Shown piece by piece: positions 39,301 through 53,400 of a DNA stretch of 64,000 nucleotides. The notes below the pieces were generated by a model. That model saw only the letters and a list, made by a program, of their open reading frames with translations, was not told the DNA's origin and made no database searches. The translations under genes were made by a program, and so were the position numbers. How positions within the stretch are numbered: the stretch's first letter is position 1; every line of letters begins with the position of its first letter. Source of the stretch: Lingula anatina (Eukaryota; Animalia; Brachiopoda); the NCBI GenBank assembly GCA_051362555.1, contig CM120640.1, positions 4,030,001 through 4,094,000 on the forward strand, read 5' to 3'.

Positions 39301-42300
39301 GCAGACAATGCCAAGAAGAGAGGTGAAAGAGGATTTATATCACTCAGCATGTGCCATTTTGTGTTTGGATTAATAAGCAGTTAGGTTTTATGTACATGTA
39401 TTAAGTCAAATGTGATTTTGAGTTTTTGTTTATTAGTTTAGTATATTGAGCAGTAATAATTGAAGCGCTATGAAGAACTGCTCTGTGGTGAATCACATGA
39501 ATTTCCTGTAGTTCAATATAAGCTTGATGTCACATTTTAATATATGGTAGTAATTATTGTGTATAAATATCCATAATGCACACCTAATTATGACTGTATG
39601 TCAATAACACATTTTATAATTTAGGTCTCCTTCAGCTGAGAAATGAACTAGTTCACTACCTTAGTCTAAATACAGAGAAGGTTGAAAGTGAAAGTGGTAC
39701 AACCTACCACCTCCCCAAACTACCTCGTCCTATTAACAACCCCAGGTCATGCTCCAAGTGTCCACAGCTTCTGAACTGTGCTGTCTACCAGAGGTAAGAC
39801 TGTGTGTGATTTCATGCATTTATATGGGGTTTTAGGCAATTTTTAGAAAATGAAAAAAGTTACTTTTTTGATGTTATGTAATGTGGGCAAGATCTTCACT
39901 TGGATAAGGAAACTGTGCTGTTGTGAGTCTATACATGTATTTGTGTTATTTCACAAATATGTAGTTTATATTTAATTGGTGTATGGATACATCATTGTAG
40001 CTGAGAATGATAACTGTTATCTTTTTCTAAACAAAGTTTAACTTATGTTGACAGTGAACAAATGTTAAAGATATCAATAATTGTTATTTATATATAACAT
40101 GCAAATGTCAAAAATAGGTCCATAGATCACCATGATCTCCCAGACGACCATGCCATGACAAGCCTGATCCCAGCCACCCTGGCACACCTACGCCAGAGCC
40201 ACCTGGAGTACTTTTCACACTGGTGTCTGCTGCAAGAACTGGAAGCTAAAGAAAGCTACAAATCTCTCAAAGACATTTGGTGTAAAAGTGCTGAACAAAG
40301 GTGAGGGCAGCGTAGCTCACACAGAAGTATGAGACTAATACAGTTATGGTCATTTGTTTGTATAGAAAGAATAAGTGTCAAAGTAATATGAAGGGATAGC
40401 TTACTGTTAATGCCTTCAACTATACTTGTGTATTTTAAGAATTTAAAATAGAATTTAAGGACTGGTATAATAAAGCCTGACCCAACCCTGGTCACTTTTC
40501 AATCACAATTTTGAATACTGGTTTGCAGAGAGAAGGAAGGGAATTGCCTTAGTGACATGGTTTTGGTGGATAGACATGATGCAGTACTAGCTTTGGATAA
40601 TGGTTCATTTATTCACACATTTCACAAACAACCTTCTAAGCAGTAAGTGAATTAAGAAAACTTTGGGTTTTTAAAATGCATAAGATTTTTTAGTATATTA
40701 GTAAAGATTTCTTTCACAAGATATGTCCTAATATTAAAAATACTGTTTGAGCACATCACCTTAAATAACAGTTCATGCTGAACAAAAATATAATATGATA
40801 TAGAATTGTGCACTACCATTTTAATGCAGTTTAAAGAGGTAAAGAAAATACCATTATCACCTTAAACAAGTATTTATGACCCTACTCTTTTTCAGAAGCC
40901 CTAACATATCCCTAGCAGGATTTAGTAAGGGAGATTCCTTGGTAGTGAGTGGCCAGACAAGTGGACACATTGCCCTGTGCACTGCCTCTGTGGTCCAGGT
41001 GACACAGACAGAGATCACTATGATACTTGACAGGTAGTTTTTTAATAATATCACATTGTGTTAGGTGAGACAGTGTGCTGGTTGTGCTTTTACCATTTCC
41101 CTTAGATGTGTTATAGAATATATTGAAAATGTCTTTATTACAGTTGGTATAAATTTTTATTTGTCTTTCTTGTCCTACTGATAGAAATTTGTAATAAAAA
41201 TTTTTCAGTAATAGTATTTTGTGATTCATCACACTTGTTGCAAAACAGGTTATAACCATTTTGAATTTGTCTTACTTATTCAGGAATCTGCAGAATACCA
41301 ATTTCAACAGTGATGCTGTTTATCGACTGGATAAAAATGACTCCTTCAACTCCATGGCTTCTAATTACACAAATCTTTCCAAACTTTTGTCAGATAATCC
41401 ACACAGGTAAGAGTTTGTTTTTCAGGTGTTATTAATCATGTCAAGAGTTTGTTTGACAGTTTAAGATGAATATATATAATTTCTCATGTAAATAAAATTT
41501 GAATTGATCCAGAATTTTTTTTTAAATTTTTACTCACGGTTTTAAATTTACAGGATAGGTCAGAAATACAGGACACAATCATTTATTTGCTTTTATCATA
41601 AATTTTTGGGATTTTAACTTTGACCTTTTTATTTTAGTTTGAGACTTAGGGAGCTGATCATTGATGCTAGGAAGCCCGAGTTTGAACTAACATTAGCTAA
41701 AGGAGCAATAGAAAAAGGTATTCACAATTTCTTTAGGACTTTGTTTATGAATTTTGTTTATATTTTAGTAATAGTTTTGGTAAAAGATATTGTTCAACAA
41801 AATTCATCTATATTGCTGTACAATATTGCCCCCAGCTAAGCAGTGAATCATGTAGCATGTGAACCATTATTTGCATGGCAATGGTAGGTTACACCAGCAA
41901 ATTTTTCATGCCATCTCTCTTGTCAACCTTTGTGTTGTTTTAAAATTGAATATTATCTTACAGTGAAACATATATTCAAATCACTCAACAAGCCACAGAA
42001 AACTGCCATATTGAAGGTAAGTTTTGTAAAAATGATAGTTGAAGCGAGCATCTGTTAGAAAATGAAGAAATAAATAAGTAAAAGTTTTATGCTTCAAACA
42101 TACAAAAGTTAACAGGTTCTAAAAGTGCTCTTGATGAAAAAGAGCAGCATGGCAATATTAAATTTTGTTGTCTATTTTTAGATCCTAATGTGCAAAGACT
42201 ATGTGTTAATGAAAGGCTATCCTGGCACAGGTATTTATATTACATTCTTAAAACCTCATTGCAATTGATTTTTAAGTCATACAGTTTTCCATCTATAATA

Positions 42301-44475
42301 ATTGGAATTGTGCAATACTGTTGAATCTAAGCGTGCTGAATTATTGAAACTTCTTTTATTACAGGAAAAACATCCACAATTGTTGCTCTTGTTCGTATTC
42401 TGCACCAGTTGGGACTTTCTATTCTCCTAACAAGTTACACTCATTCTGCTGTGGATAACATACTGCTGAAACTGAAAAAGGTAAAACATTCGTCAGGATA
42501 AACAATCTTAAAAGATTTGACTTTGTTTCATTTTTTTATTTGTTGAGGTTTCGATGTAGTCTTGAATGTGACAGTGATAAAACATTTGATCATCAGTGAA
42601 ACATCATTTTGTGTTTATTTTCATGACAGACTTTTTGATTATTTAGTTAAATTATATTTTATTTTCAAGCTTGATCTGAAATTTTTGAGACTTGGCCGAG
42701 AGTCCAGGATACATCCAGATATCTTGCCGTATTCTGAAGGTACTCTCACAAAGAACATCAAAACTGTTGGAGATCTAGCAGAATTTTACACAACTAAGGT
42801 ATGGTGATTAAACCTTTATATGAAAATAATTTTTTATTATCGGGTATTTAGGATGCCTAGATTTTTCCTTGTTAAGAGTAGGATGTTGTTTATTTTCATT
42901 GCATAGCATTGGTTGAAATCTGATGTAGATTATTTAATGGTTCGTTTCTTCAAACATATATGTAACCTCATAGTAAGCATGATACAGATAAGTTTTCTTA
43001 ATCTTCATCTTTGATCTTATTACTTTACAGCAAATTGTGGCAACCACCTGTTTGGGGACCAACCACGTGTTGTTCACAAAGCGCAGGTTTGACAGCTGTA
43101 TCATTGACGAGGCGTCCCAGGTCCTCCAGCCCACCTGCTTTGGACCTCTGTCCTGTGCTGCCAAGTTTGTGCTAGTGGGGGATCCTAAACAGCTGCCACC
43201 TGTGGTACAAAGTACAGAAGCAAGGTAAGATGGTGTCCATTGTCAAGGCTCAACAGTCATTGCTTCAGGTTGTGGTTAAATTGAAGTTAGTTCATGATAC
43301 ATCCACTTAAAATTATCTGTAGATTTTAATGTGACAGACTATATGTATTGTTTCGTTAACAAAAATAATATTTCCAGAGAAATGGACTTTAAGCATATCT
43401 GTAGTTTAAGGGTATATGTGATCCTCAGTTTAAGTATTTAAACCTGTAATTTGTTTGCAGAGACTTGGGAATGGATGAGAGTTTGTTCATGAGGTTGGAC
43501 AATACTGGAGCCACATATGAGCTCAATCTGCAGTACAGAATGAACAGGTGAGGAATGCTGAATGTTTGGAATCTCTTGTGACCAACCAATAGAATAAATA
43601 GTTCTTTCAGTCATAAAGTACAAAATATATATTTTATAGGTAAAAATGGGCTATGTCTTTGTTTGACTCAGTAATGAACTTCTTATTACTCTTATACTAT
43701 TTTCTCCTTGTGTTGAGTAGTTCAATAATGCGTCTGAGTAATGAGCTGGTGTATGAGGGAGCATTGAAATGTGGCTCTCAGGACGTGGCAGAGGCCCGTC
43801 TCCAGCTGTCCAACATAGAGGATGTGAGAGCAGAGGTAAGTAGAAGACAACTTTAAACTAAAACAGTGGTGGATAAGAATGTGTCTTGTTGAATTAAGAA
43901 TACTTAGAGGTTAAATTTTGTCAAAAATGCAACAAAAATATGTTTTATAAAATAACTGCAGCTAATGCTTTTGATAAGTGAAGATTTGGATGAGAATGGA
44001 AACACCATTTATAAACTTATAAAAATCTTTCTTGTCATGCTTATTAAAACATACTCTTAAGACTCTTTGTATGTTACATTTGTTAAAAGTATTTCAGTAT
44101 TTTATACATTTATTTTGCTGAACAACTGGAATTTTGTATAAACTGTATATGTGCTATAAGATATTTCACAGTAACCATTATATTTGTAATCCATTTAGCT
44201 GAGTGGCATGATGCCTGCCTGGCTGGAATGTGCATTGAGCCCGCAGCCTGTTCTTTTCTTGGATACAGATAATGTAAGTAAATTCTTGTGATTAGACACC
44301 TTTTAAACAAGCAGAAATATTCTGAATATTTGAATTTGTGTAAACTTATAACTTTCATATATTTTTCAAGGTCAAATAATGTAGATTGATTTATCTAGTG
44401 CCATGTAAAAGGTTAATGCTCCTCAGAACCTCATTCACATGTATGGAGAGAGATTTCATAGGTCAAGTCTCATTC

Positions 44476-44550
<75 letters not shown>

Positions 44551-45776
44551 CTCACAGATATCAGCTACAGAAAGTTATGATGCTCAGGGATTGGTGAAGA
44601 ACGATTTAGAGGCAGAAATTGTTTGCCAATTAGCCAAGTGTTTTCTTAGGGTAAGTAATATACAGATTTCATAATCTTACATCAAAATTAAAGAAAAGTG
44701 GGGTTGAAACAAAAGGGTAAGCAAGTTAATATTTTACTTAATCTTCCTTTCTTGCTTCTTTCATATAATTTGCAAATAAAGATAAAACATTTGTATGTAA
44801 TAAGTAAACCCCCCCCTCAGAAAAATTACTTTGATTTGTAATGTTGTGATTTATATACAGTTTTTAGATGACAAAGTTCTTTTAACATTAGCATGTAATG
44901 ATATTTAAAAAGTTCACATTGTGAAATATATATTTATGTAGGGTGGGTTATCCCCACAAGAGCTTGGCATCATAGCCCCATACAGAAACCAGGTGAAAGT
45001 CCTTCACACTCGTCTTGGTGGCTCTGGAGAGGTGGAGGTGAACACGGTGGATCAATACCAAGGCAGAGACAAGAGTGTCATCATCCTCTCCTTTGTCAGG
45101 AGTAATTCCAAGGATGATTCCAGCAGTAAAGGCAGGGTAGGCAAACTTCTCCTAATAAATAGGCATTTTTCTTTTTTAAGAAGGGTTTGTTTAATGCACA
45201 GCACAATTTGGTCTTTTTTTTAATCAAATTTCATACACAAGGTCAATGCAAGAGATTTGATACACGATGATAGGCAAAGATGCCTTCCACACACTCATTC
45301 ACACAATGAGAAAGAAAATAATTAGAAGAAACAATTTGGTCTTATGAGTGCAGGTCATTGCATCTGTATATGCCATGGTGTTGTATGTAAATTACCCCAA
45401 AAAGGAGTAAAACTTAAGCTAAGTTTTCAACTGTCTTTTCAGGGTGGAACAGAGATACTTTGTGACTGGAGAAGACTGAATGTTGCTGTGACAAGAGCAA
45501 AACACAAGCTTCTCTTTGTGGGCAGTGTTTCCACTCTAAAGAAGTATCAGCCTTTACAGAAATTGATCCAGATATTGAACCCAGAGGAAATATCCTTTTT
45601 GACAAAAATGCTGTAGTTGTATTTGTCGAAGATATTGATAAATGTAACTTTGGGGTTATTCTGCTGGCTAAGTGTTTCTATGTGAACTGAGCATGACCCA
45701 ATTCCGAAAGGTTTTTATTTTAAATTTCCTTTACTCTTCTTACATATGCCAGATAACCTCAGTACCAGACAGATGA
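33392..45776 (+). CDS. DNA2: DNA replication helicase/nuclease DNA2 with a long N-terminal extension
   Basis: About 28 exons; tentative start exon 33392-33415, then 33832-33879, 34315-35852, 36028-36108, 36305-36538 (CMRK), microexon 36757-36781, ... [26 protein letters not shown], Fe-[11 protein letters not shown], Walker [41 protein letters not shown]; last exon 45744-45776 follows an AT-AC intron. Confidence 0.95.
33512..33635 (-). mobile_element. Tiny Helentron-like (HINE) or otherwise structured element near the DNA2 5' end
   Basis: Sub-terminal inverted repeat GCTGGACCG (33520) / CGGTCCAGC (33622), terminal hairpin GCTGGAC-cgaaa-GTCCAGC, inner stem GTCTGCCGGG / CCCGGGCAGAC. Confidence 0.5.
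38899..39160. mobile_element. Foldback MITE in a DNA2 intron, related to 14533-14787
   Basis: Ends in GGGAACCCAGTCT (reverse complement of AGACTGGGTTCCC); internal inverted repeats (GCTAAATTGC/GCAATTTAGC, GCACGCCTACT/AGTAGGCGTGC); shares the TGTTAGGGG..TAATTA core with the MYO19 copy. Confidence 0.7.
44479..44548. repeat. (AT)n microsatellite just upstream of a DNA2 splice acceptor
   Basis: About 35 AT units ending ~10 nt before CAG at 44556-44558. Confidence 0.97.
45590..45743 (+). other. U12-type AT-AC intron (last intron of DNA2)
   Basis: 5' site ATATCCTTT at 45590, branch site TTCCTTTAC at 45726-45734, 3' AC at 45742-45743; joining gives LNPEE|[10 protein letters not shown]. Confidence 0.85.
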
Positions 45777-46797
45777 AGGCAGTCTGTGAGGAGGCCAGCT
45801 ATGCCAATACATGAGGAGCTATGTCACAATAAACTATATCAAGGGCAAAAGAAAAAATCTTTATACAATTAATGACTTTGGTTGAGGTTGATGTTTCAAG
45901 ATTATACCAGAAGCTGTATATTTTTGATGTCTGATTGACATTTCCTTTTTTTTTTAGATTGTCATGTATGGTGACGTCTTCATTGTTCAGTTTTGCATTT
46001 TCTCAGGACTCGCATTTCCAGATATAAAATCATAATAATGCTATTTATATCATTTAATTTATTGTGAAAGGAAATGTTGATAGTATTCTGAATGTCTTTT
46101 CTCATCTGCCAGTATACCAAGTGAACAAAAATGTGCAAATAATTTTGCATTTCAAGTTTTAAGTTTTTGTATTAAGTTAAAACAAAATAACATTTTAATA
46201 AACATATTATATTTATTTACACCAATTTATTTTCTGTGTAACCAAATAAAATAAAATAAAACTGCCAGTTGCATTTGTTATTTTTTATAAAACTGCTTCC
46301 ATCCCCTTCAGACTGGTTTGCAGTTCCCCTCTGCTCAAAGCCAGGCACAAAATGTGTACCTTGCAGTTGGAAGATCACTGCAAAACTTGAAAAATTTCTT
46401 TGATAATCAATATATAAAGTTGACCTCCTAAATAAACAATTACTCTGTATAAAAACCATTAAAGTTTGCAGACTTTGACTTATGAAACTTTGAACAAAAG
46501 AAGTACACAGAAGTTTTTTAATTGAGCACCACTGAAAAAATCAGTACTTGATATATTTTTAAGGCATCAAATAAATGGATCACTCTGTTGTGAATAGATC
46601 ATGCTACTGTGGCATGTATCGGGTAAAGAAAGATATCAATAAACTCCTGCAGAGGGTCAATATTTCCCAACATCTGCATTTCCACACTTCACCTACATGC
46701 CCCAAATAGAAAGTTGTTTAAATTGCACTGCATGCACCCATTTCTTTGAGTTGAATGGAAAGACATTCCTCTTCCCTACAAGAGATATTTTAAAAAA

Positions 46798-48659
46798 TTA
46801 GCTGTCCTTTGCATCTCCCCCTGCATCCTTTGCAACTCTGCTAGCTTTGTTCAATTTTTCTTGAATGTCTGCTGGAATTTCAACTTCTTTGAGGTTTGCA
46901 TGCTCTGGTGCTGGCTCATCACCAATCAGTATAGACACTACATCTTCACATGCTTCTATTACTGCTTCATTCTTTTCCCAGTTGTGCAATTCTCGCAGTA
47001 TGATGTATGCATTTTTGTCTTTAAGGTACTCCCTGCCTTCTTTTGTTGCACAGAGCTATGAAAAAATTATAAAAATTAAGTTATTCAGGTCTTCAGAAAT
47101 ACCTGATGGTGCTTGACCTATTAATACACACTGGGCACTGCTTCTTTAGTTCACAGAGCTATAAATGCAAATAAATCAGTTATTCAGGACTTCAGAAATA
47201 CCTGGCTGTGGTTCATCCAAAACCTACAAATTGGGTACTACCTGTATAGTTTAGCTTTAAAATCAATGAGCAGCAATCACATCACACTGATTTTCTGATC
47301 TTATTTGTGTTATCCCATCTCAATGAGAGTCATAATAAAAATGAAGTCACTCAACAGATATTTTAATCACACTACTTAGTTATCAGTGACCAGTATCACC
47401 TGGTGGACAGCCTCTATTAACATGACCCTGATATCTGGCTCTGGTTCTCTAGTCTTGGTGGGTTCCAGGTATTGCAGCTCCACTGGTAACTTGTCATTGT
47501 CCTCCTCATCAAACTCCTCTGGACCAGCCAGGGGGAGGAGAAGGTGGGGGAGGAGATCTACTTGAGGACTTAACAACCACTGGTGATTATCTGAATGAGA
47601 GAAATGTAATTACTTCAAATACAGTTACTAGTAACTTTTTTTTACTTTAAGTGACTGTCTGATTACATCAGAAATTATACATCATAAAATGAAATAAATG
47701 ATTGGTTCAAATTTTTATCTGATACAAAACACATGCTAAAACAAATTTTCTTAAATAATAAGATTTCATCAAATAAAATCTTACCAGTTTCAAAACTGCA
47801 ATTTTTAAGTGTAGCTACAATTCCTCTGCGTCTAACTACCGACTCAGGATACTGCGTGTATGGAAGCAGTCTCTGGATGACACAGCCATCTTTATTGAGA
47901 ATGAACTGGCGAGCCTCGGGAATCTGGGTCAGATTACACAGGAATGGACCTAATGAGGTAAAAGAGGGTTCACGTTTTATAACAATAATACATTGAAAGT
48001 GCATGTAAAATTCTGAGTTAATAAATAACAAATGCTGCAACAAATGTCAGTTTATCAAATTTTAATTCAAAGATACGATATATTACTTGGACAGTAGACT
48101 TTTCATTATCTTCATAGATTTCTTTATTACACAATTTCTATGTATGCACAACACGAAAATTGCCCTCACCCAGATGATGTAGTTTTGCTTTGGGGTTGAA
48201 TCCCTCAGTACAGAAGACCTGTATTAGTTTGTCAAACCCAAGTGTCTCCTTTTCCTTCTGAATCACTTCCACCATTTTCTTGGCACAATCTAATGGTCTG
48301 GACAAATTGCTTAACAACATACATGCTTCGTCAGCAAGTTCACTTTCAGGATTACAAACATATTTCATAAGCTCCTGGAGAAGATTGGGTTTTGTCTTCA
48401 GAGACAGCAGCTTCGGACACACCAAATCTTCTGCAGTTAGATTCACCAGGGCTTTGTATGCCTGTTTTGATATGCTTTGGATGTCATCTTGCAGTAAACC
48501 TGCAACTGCCTCCAAGTACACGTCTCTGCTACACAGCAGAGTTCTTCCTTCTGATGTCCCTGTAAGACCTGTCACATAGTCTATGGCTATTGCCTTTACA
48601 TCCCCCCTTGACTTGTGTGACAGGAAGGGTATTACCTCATCTAACTGCTTTCTGCTCAT
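46798..48659 (-). CDS. HGH1: Protein HGH1 homolog (eEF2 co-chaperone, FAM203)
   Basis: Exons 48659-48170, 47949-47785, 47590-47400, 47055-46798; motifs GLTGTSEG, LADEACMLLSNLSR, QRLLPYTQY...RRRGIVATLKNCSF, LLPHLLLPLAGPEEF, LQYLEPTKTREPEPDIR. Confidence 0.93.
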
Positions 48660-49249
48660 GGCTAAAATGAAATACAGAGCATTTAATAAATAATGTAAAG
48701 AGGCAAGAAGAGGAGAACAACAAGAAGAAATATCTTCGTTATATAAAACATTTAAATGTTCTAAATTTTCAATGGCAATAATCATTCAGAATAACGAACA
48801 CCCAAATATTACCCTCCTGGTAATGATCATATGCTAGTGAGTATATGGTGGGAAAGAAGTGTGTATGTTATATACAGCGTATTATCACATCATCATCATT
48901 TAACAAACTGCTTACTTTTGAAAGTATAACCTCAAGTTAAACCAAGCTTAAGTTAAAAGTTTTGTTATCTTTACCATTTAAATAATAATAATTATTATCA
49001 TTATTATCATTATTATCATCATCATCATTATTATTATCATTATTTCGCATTTATTCTATTTCCAGGCACATTAACTTATAAGTCTTTATGTACCAGTACT
49101 CCCCAATGCAGTCTAGTCTACTAGAGTCTAGATTACCTAGCTGTTGTGTATGTATGCTCAGAGCCGACACAAGATATTTGTTTGAATCGCTTGATTCTGA
49201 AACTTGCAAGTAGGTTTTCAACGCCCTAACAAATGTTTTGTAGTATGTC

Positions 49250-49880
49250 AGAGATAAACATCTAAAACCGTTCATACGTCATATACATAACACCAGACAT
49301 TTACATTTCTCCACTGCCTTAGCCATGTGTTCCAAAAGCAAAGCCAGTATTTTTATAAGGGTTTAGTTTCGAGGAATAATTATATTACGTGAACGCATAT
49401 AGAAATATAATCACAGGAAATAATTGAAATTAAAATGTTTATTATACTATGATAAACGGAATTTTTTGTACTTTTACATGTTAAATGGATGTAACTTATA
49501 GGTATTTCTTTCGATAATAATATATACATAAAGTTTAGCTTCGGATTCGCCATGTTTCTTGTTCCAGAAGTACCAGTCAAAAACTGCAGGTTTTTAGCTT
49601 TTGTATTCGACCTGTGTTCTGATTGCTTCTTAAAACAAGAGAATAATACTACCAGTTCACATTGCGTAACTCATCTTACAGATAAATGGAGATGATTTTG
49701 TAACAATGAGATGTGACTTGCAACTTTTTATTCTTGACCTCGCTGACAGCAGACTTCAGTGTCAACCAGACGCTGTTGCTACTTGTATTTTCTAATTTAT
49801 ATTTGTTCTGTATTTCAGATGGAAGTGCCGTTAGAAGAGAAAAACTAACATATGCCGTGTAATCTTCGAATGAAGTGGAG
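49250..49880. promoter_or_regulatory. Probable bidirectional promoter and 5'UTR region of HGH1 (-) and DGCR8 (+)
   Basis: Head-to-head start codons 1.75 kb apart (48659 and 50414), each preceded by a splice acceptor; CpG-enriched relative to the gene bodies. Confidence 0.55.
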
Positions 49881-50413
49881 TGAGTGTCAGTTCCGCCGAT
49901 TGAAATGAAAATTAAGCGTTGAAAATAATGGTTTATATATTTACCCTGTTCAAGTTTACCCTTAACAGCCATATTGCCTTTATCATGATTTAATAAAATG
50001 ATGCACTTTCAAGTTCACATAGATAACATGCCTGAACAATTTTTTTTATTCCTGTTGAAAGGAAGCTCTGGTGCTGTCTTCACAAAAACTTGGGAAGAAA
50101 GCAGTCACCCCTTGTACTTTCTAGCATCGTTTTCTGTTCTATTGCTTTCTTATGTTCTTGGCATTTACAACTTCACTGTAAGTAAATAGTTAGTTTCAAC
50201 ATTTTTTAACAATAGCCTGTTCTCAAAAGCACTGAGATTGATACTAATGAAGTTAAAAGTGAATATTTGATCTTTTTCTTTATTAGTACTTGAACAGTGC
50301 ATTTGAGTCCTCGTTTGGAACAAATCTGACTGGCAGACAAGCAGGATTTTTGTCAGAATACAAATTGTATATAGGAGTGTGTATTTCAGACAAAGACATG
50401 TCTATGCTGAACC

Positions 50414-53400
50414 ATGAGTAAGGAGCAGAAAGACGCGCAGCCACCAACTTTACCACCAGCATCAGAGCAATCGTCCAATCACATTTCTCATGTATTGGAC
50501 TTTGGCCATGGTGAAGGTGGTAATATGCAACCCAAGGTGGAGAGGGACCAAGAACCTGCCTTTAAAAAACGTAAACTAGACAGCCAAAGCGGAATCTCTA
50601 GTAACAATGATCAATTCTCTACAGGACCAGACTTAGTTAGTATTGAATGTGAAACATCCAAAAATCTCTCATTAGAATGCCAAGCTTCCAAAGATGTAGA
50701 CTCTGATTCACAGATCTCTATGATCATTGAGGACCAGAATCACAGGCCAGAAAGTCCAGTAGACATTGAGAAAACCATGGCCTCTTCTCACAATGCTCAA
50801 GTTTTTGAAATTATAGATGATTTAGGCTCTGATAGAGAAGAATACTATGAAAGTGAGGATGACTATGATGATGATGACATAGATGCTCTGCTAGATGAGT
50901 GCCTAGATAAGCCCAGAAATACTTCTGCCTCTGAGGCTGATGTGGATGGAGATGTAGACACAGAGACAGATCCAAGTGCCCCTGAAGAAAAAGAGAAGGT
51001 TGTACTGATAGGTAAGTGACAAGAGAAAGGGTGACTCTCAAATATTATATGAACAAGTTACGAAAATCCCCTTCCCAATTATGCCAAATATGGAGGCTCT
51101 GTTTAGCTTTTATCAAGTTGTGGACATACTGCTTTTGATTTTTAAGAAACTGTGTGTTAATGAACAGAGTGTATTTAAATGGGACTTAAATAGAAAAGAC
51201 TTAAAAATGCTCTTTTTGCAAAGGTTTAACTTCATATGAATTTTGTGAATATTACAGAAAAGGGGCATGATCCTTTTGAGGTGCTTCCAGAAGGCTGGGT
51301 GACAGTCACTCACAACAGTGGTATTCCAGTCTACCTTCACAAGCAATCCAGAGTGTGTACTCTTGCCAAACCATATTTCCTGGGGCCAGGGAGTGCCAGG
51401 GTAAGGTCCTTTTCACATCTGAGTGTTACAGCATTTTGTATTGTGCCAAGTTTACTGGTACTAACATTGTACTAATCAAAATTTATCTAGTTAACTGAAC
51501 ACATCTAGCATGGAGCTACATTTACGTGACTTGCATGACATCCAGGCTATTGAGTTGTCAGTCTCTAAAGCTAGAGTGGAGCAGAAAGCTGTACTGCGTG
51601 GTTTTTAAAGGGCATAAGACTAATTAACTATGGGTATAACATCACACCACATTTACAACTGAAAGAAAACAACTGCGACATATTTATGTCTTGGTCAATT
51701 TTAACATTCTTTTCATACACTTTTTTGAATAGGTTTTCTTCTACAAAACAAATAACATGCATGAATGAATGAATGAAGTTAATTTGGTGTCTTGTGATGC
51801 AGTTTGTATAAGAGCCAGCTTACTCTTTTCTCATGAGCACTATAATTAGCCTGATATCTTTTTGGTTCCCTGACATATTGGATGAGTAAACCACTGAAAT
51901 CAGAAGTTATATTTTCAGAAACATGACATCCCTGTCAGTGCCATCCCTTGTCTGCAATACAGGAAAGAGTTGGAGAAGGAGTCAATGAAACAAGATCAAA
52001 ATGGCAGTGAAGATTGTATGTTAAAAGGCTACATGTTGTCAAAGAGAAAACTATCAGATATGTTATGTAAAAAGTGCTTTAAATTTTTATTACACACTGC
52101 ATCTCAGTTTTGGATATTTTTTTTGTTTTTTGTCAATTTTATTATTACTACTGCCTGTATGTTATTCTGTAACTTAAGATTGAAATATAAATATGACATC
52201 TTAATGATAAAATCATAATTTACTATGAAAATCATTTGATTATTTCAGATTCCCAAGATAACTGCACACCCAATCTAGTCAATGGAACTAGTCCGCCCAA
52301 CCTTCCCTCCATCCCAGTCAAAGTGATGAGTGTTGAGGAAAAGAAAAAGGAAACAATATTAGGTAAGATCTTTGATTATGTCTTTTGTTTTCAAGAAAAA
52401 CTCAGGTGTGAAATGTTGAGAGTGAAATTTAGTATTGTAATTGATGATGCTACTTTTTATGGCGTTTTATGGCTTTGTGCAATTAATTATATATCTACAT
52501 GATTTCTCTTATAGACCACAAACAGCTGCATGAGTATTGTCAAAAACTGTTCCAGTTTAAGACCATTACAGTCAGAAGGTTTAAGTAAGTACTGCTTCGT
52601 GTTATAAGAATACAAACATTTATGAATATAAAAGACATAACATAAGTCACTTGAAATTGCCTTTATGGTGGTATTGATTGTGTCTGTACATCCTTGGAAG
52701 AGCAAAGATGATTTATCCTATAACTTCAAATAGATAACATCTGAATATCAATTCCAGGACTTGGAAAGACAGGAGAAAACATCAGAAGCAGAAGAAGAAA
52801 GAAGCAAGGCCATCAATGGTACAAACTTTCAGACTGTCTTATCTGACAGATTCTACTTCTTGGCAGAATTATTGTGCATTTTTCTTTTAGAAGCGCATGC
52901 TTTCTCTTCTGGAATTAGGCTATAATACATGGTATTCTGAATCGACTTTTTATTTCCAAGTAATATGGTTAAACTTATTCTTCTGTAATCAAGGAATCCT
53001 GTATATCAAAGTCTGTTACATGTGTCCGTTTTATTGTGCAGCCTGAAAGTGCCAAACTTATCACCTGTCCACTTAACATTGCCAAAGATGCTGGTGGTGG
53101 AGCACCAAGTAGACCAAAAGGTAACTATTTCTCAAAATGTACACGGTAATTGTGAAACGCTAACAATGGCACCAGTTTTGAAGAAGAAATTTTTATTGTC
53201 TTTGACAAAATAACTTTGCTATAAAAAGAGAGAAAAGGTAAAAAATGCATTTATAATGGCAAACTCATTTTCTTGTTTTCAGCATATGTCCTCAGCCCTC
53301 ATGGCAAATCCTATGTGTGCATTCTTCAGGAGTATGTGCAACACACTATGAAACTGCAGCCCAAATACATCTTCCAGGAGATTGGTAAGATCAGAATTAT

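Noticed and set aside
44386-44580. YIYIYI ORF
   Set aside because: Translation of the (AT)n microsatellite.
45131-45140. Possible GC-AG donor in DNA2 (AAAG|GCAGG)
   Set aside because: The canonical GT at 45137 gives the phase-0 junction the next exon requires.
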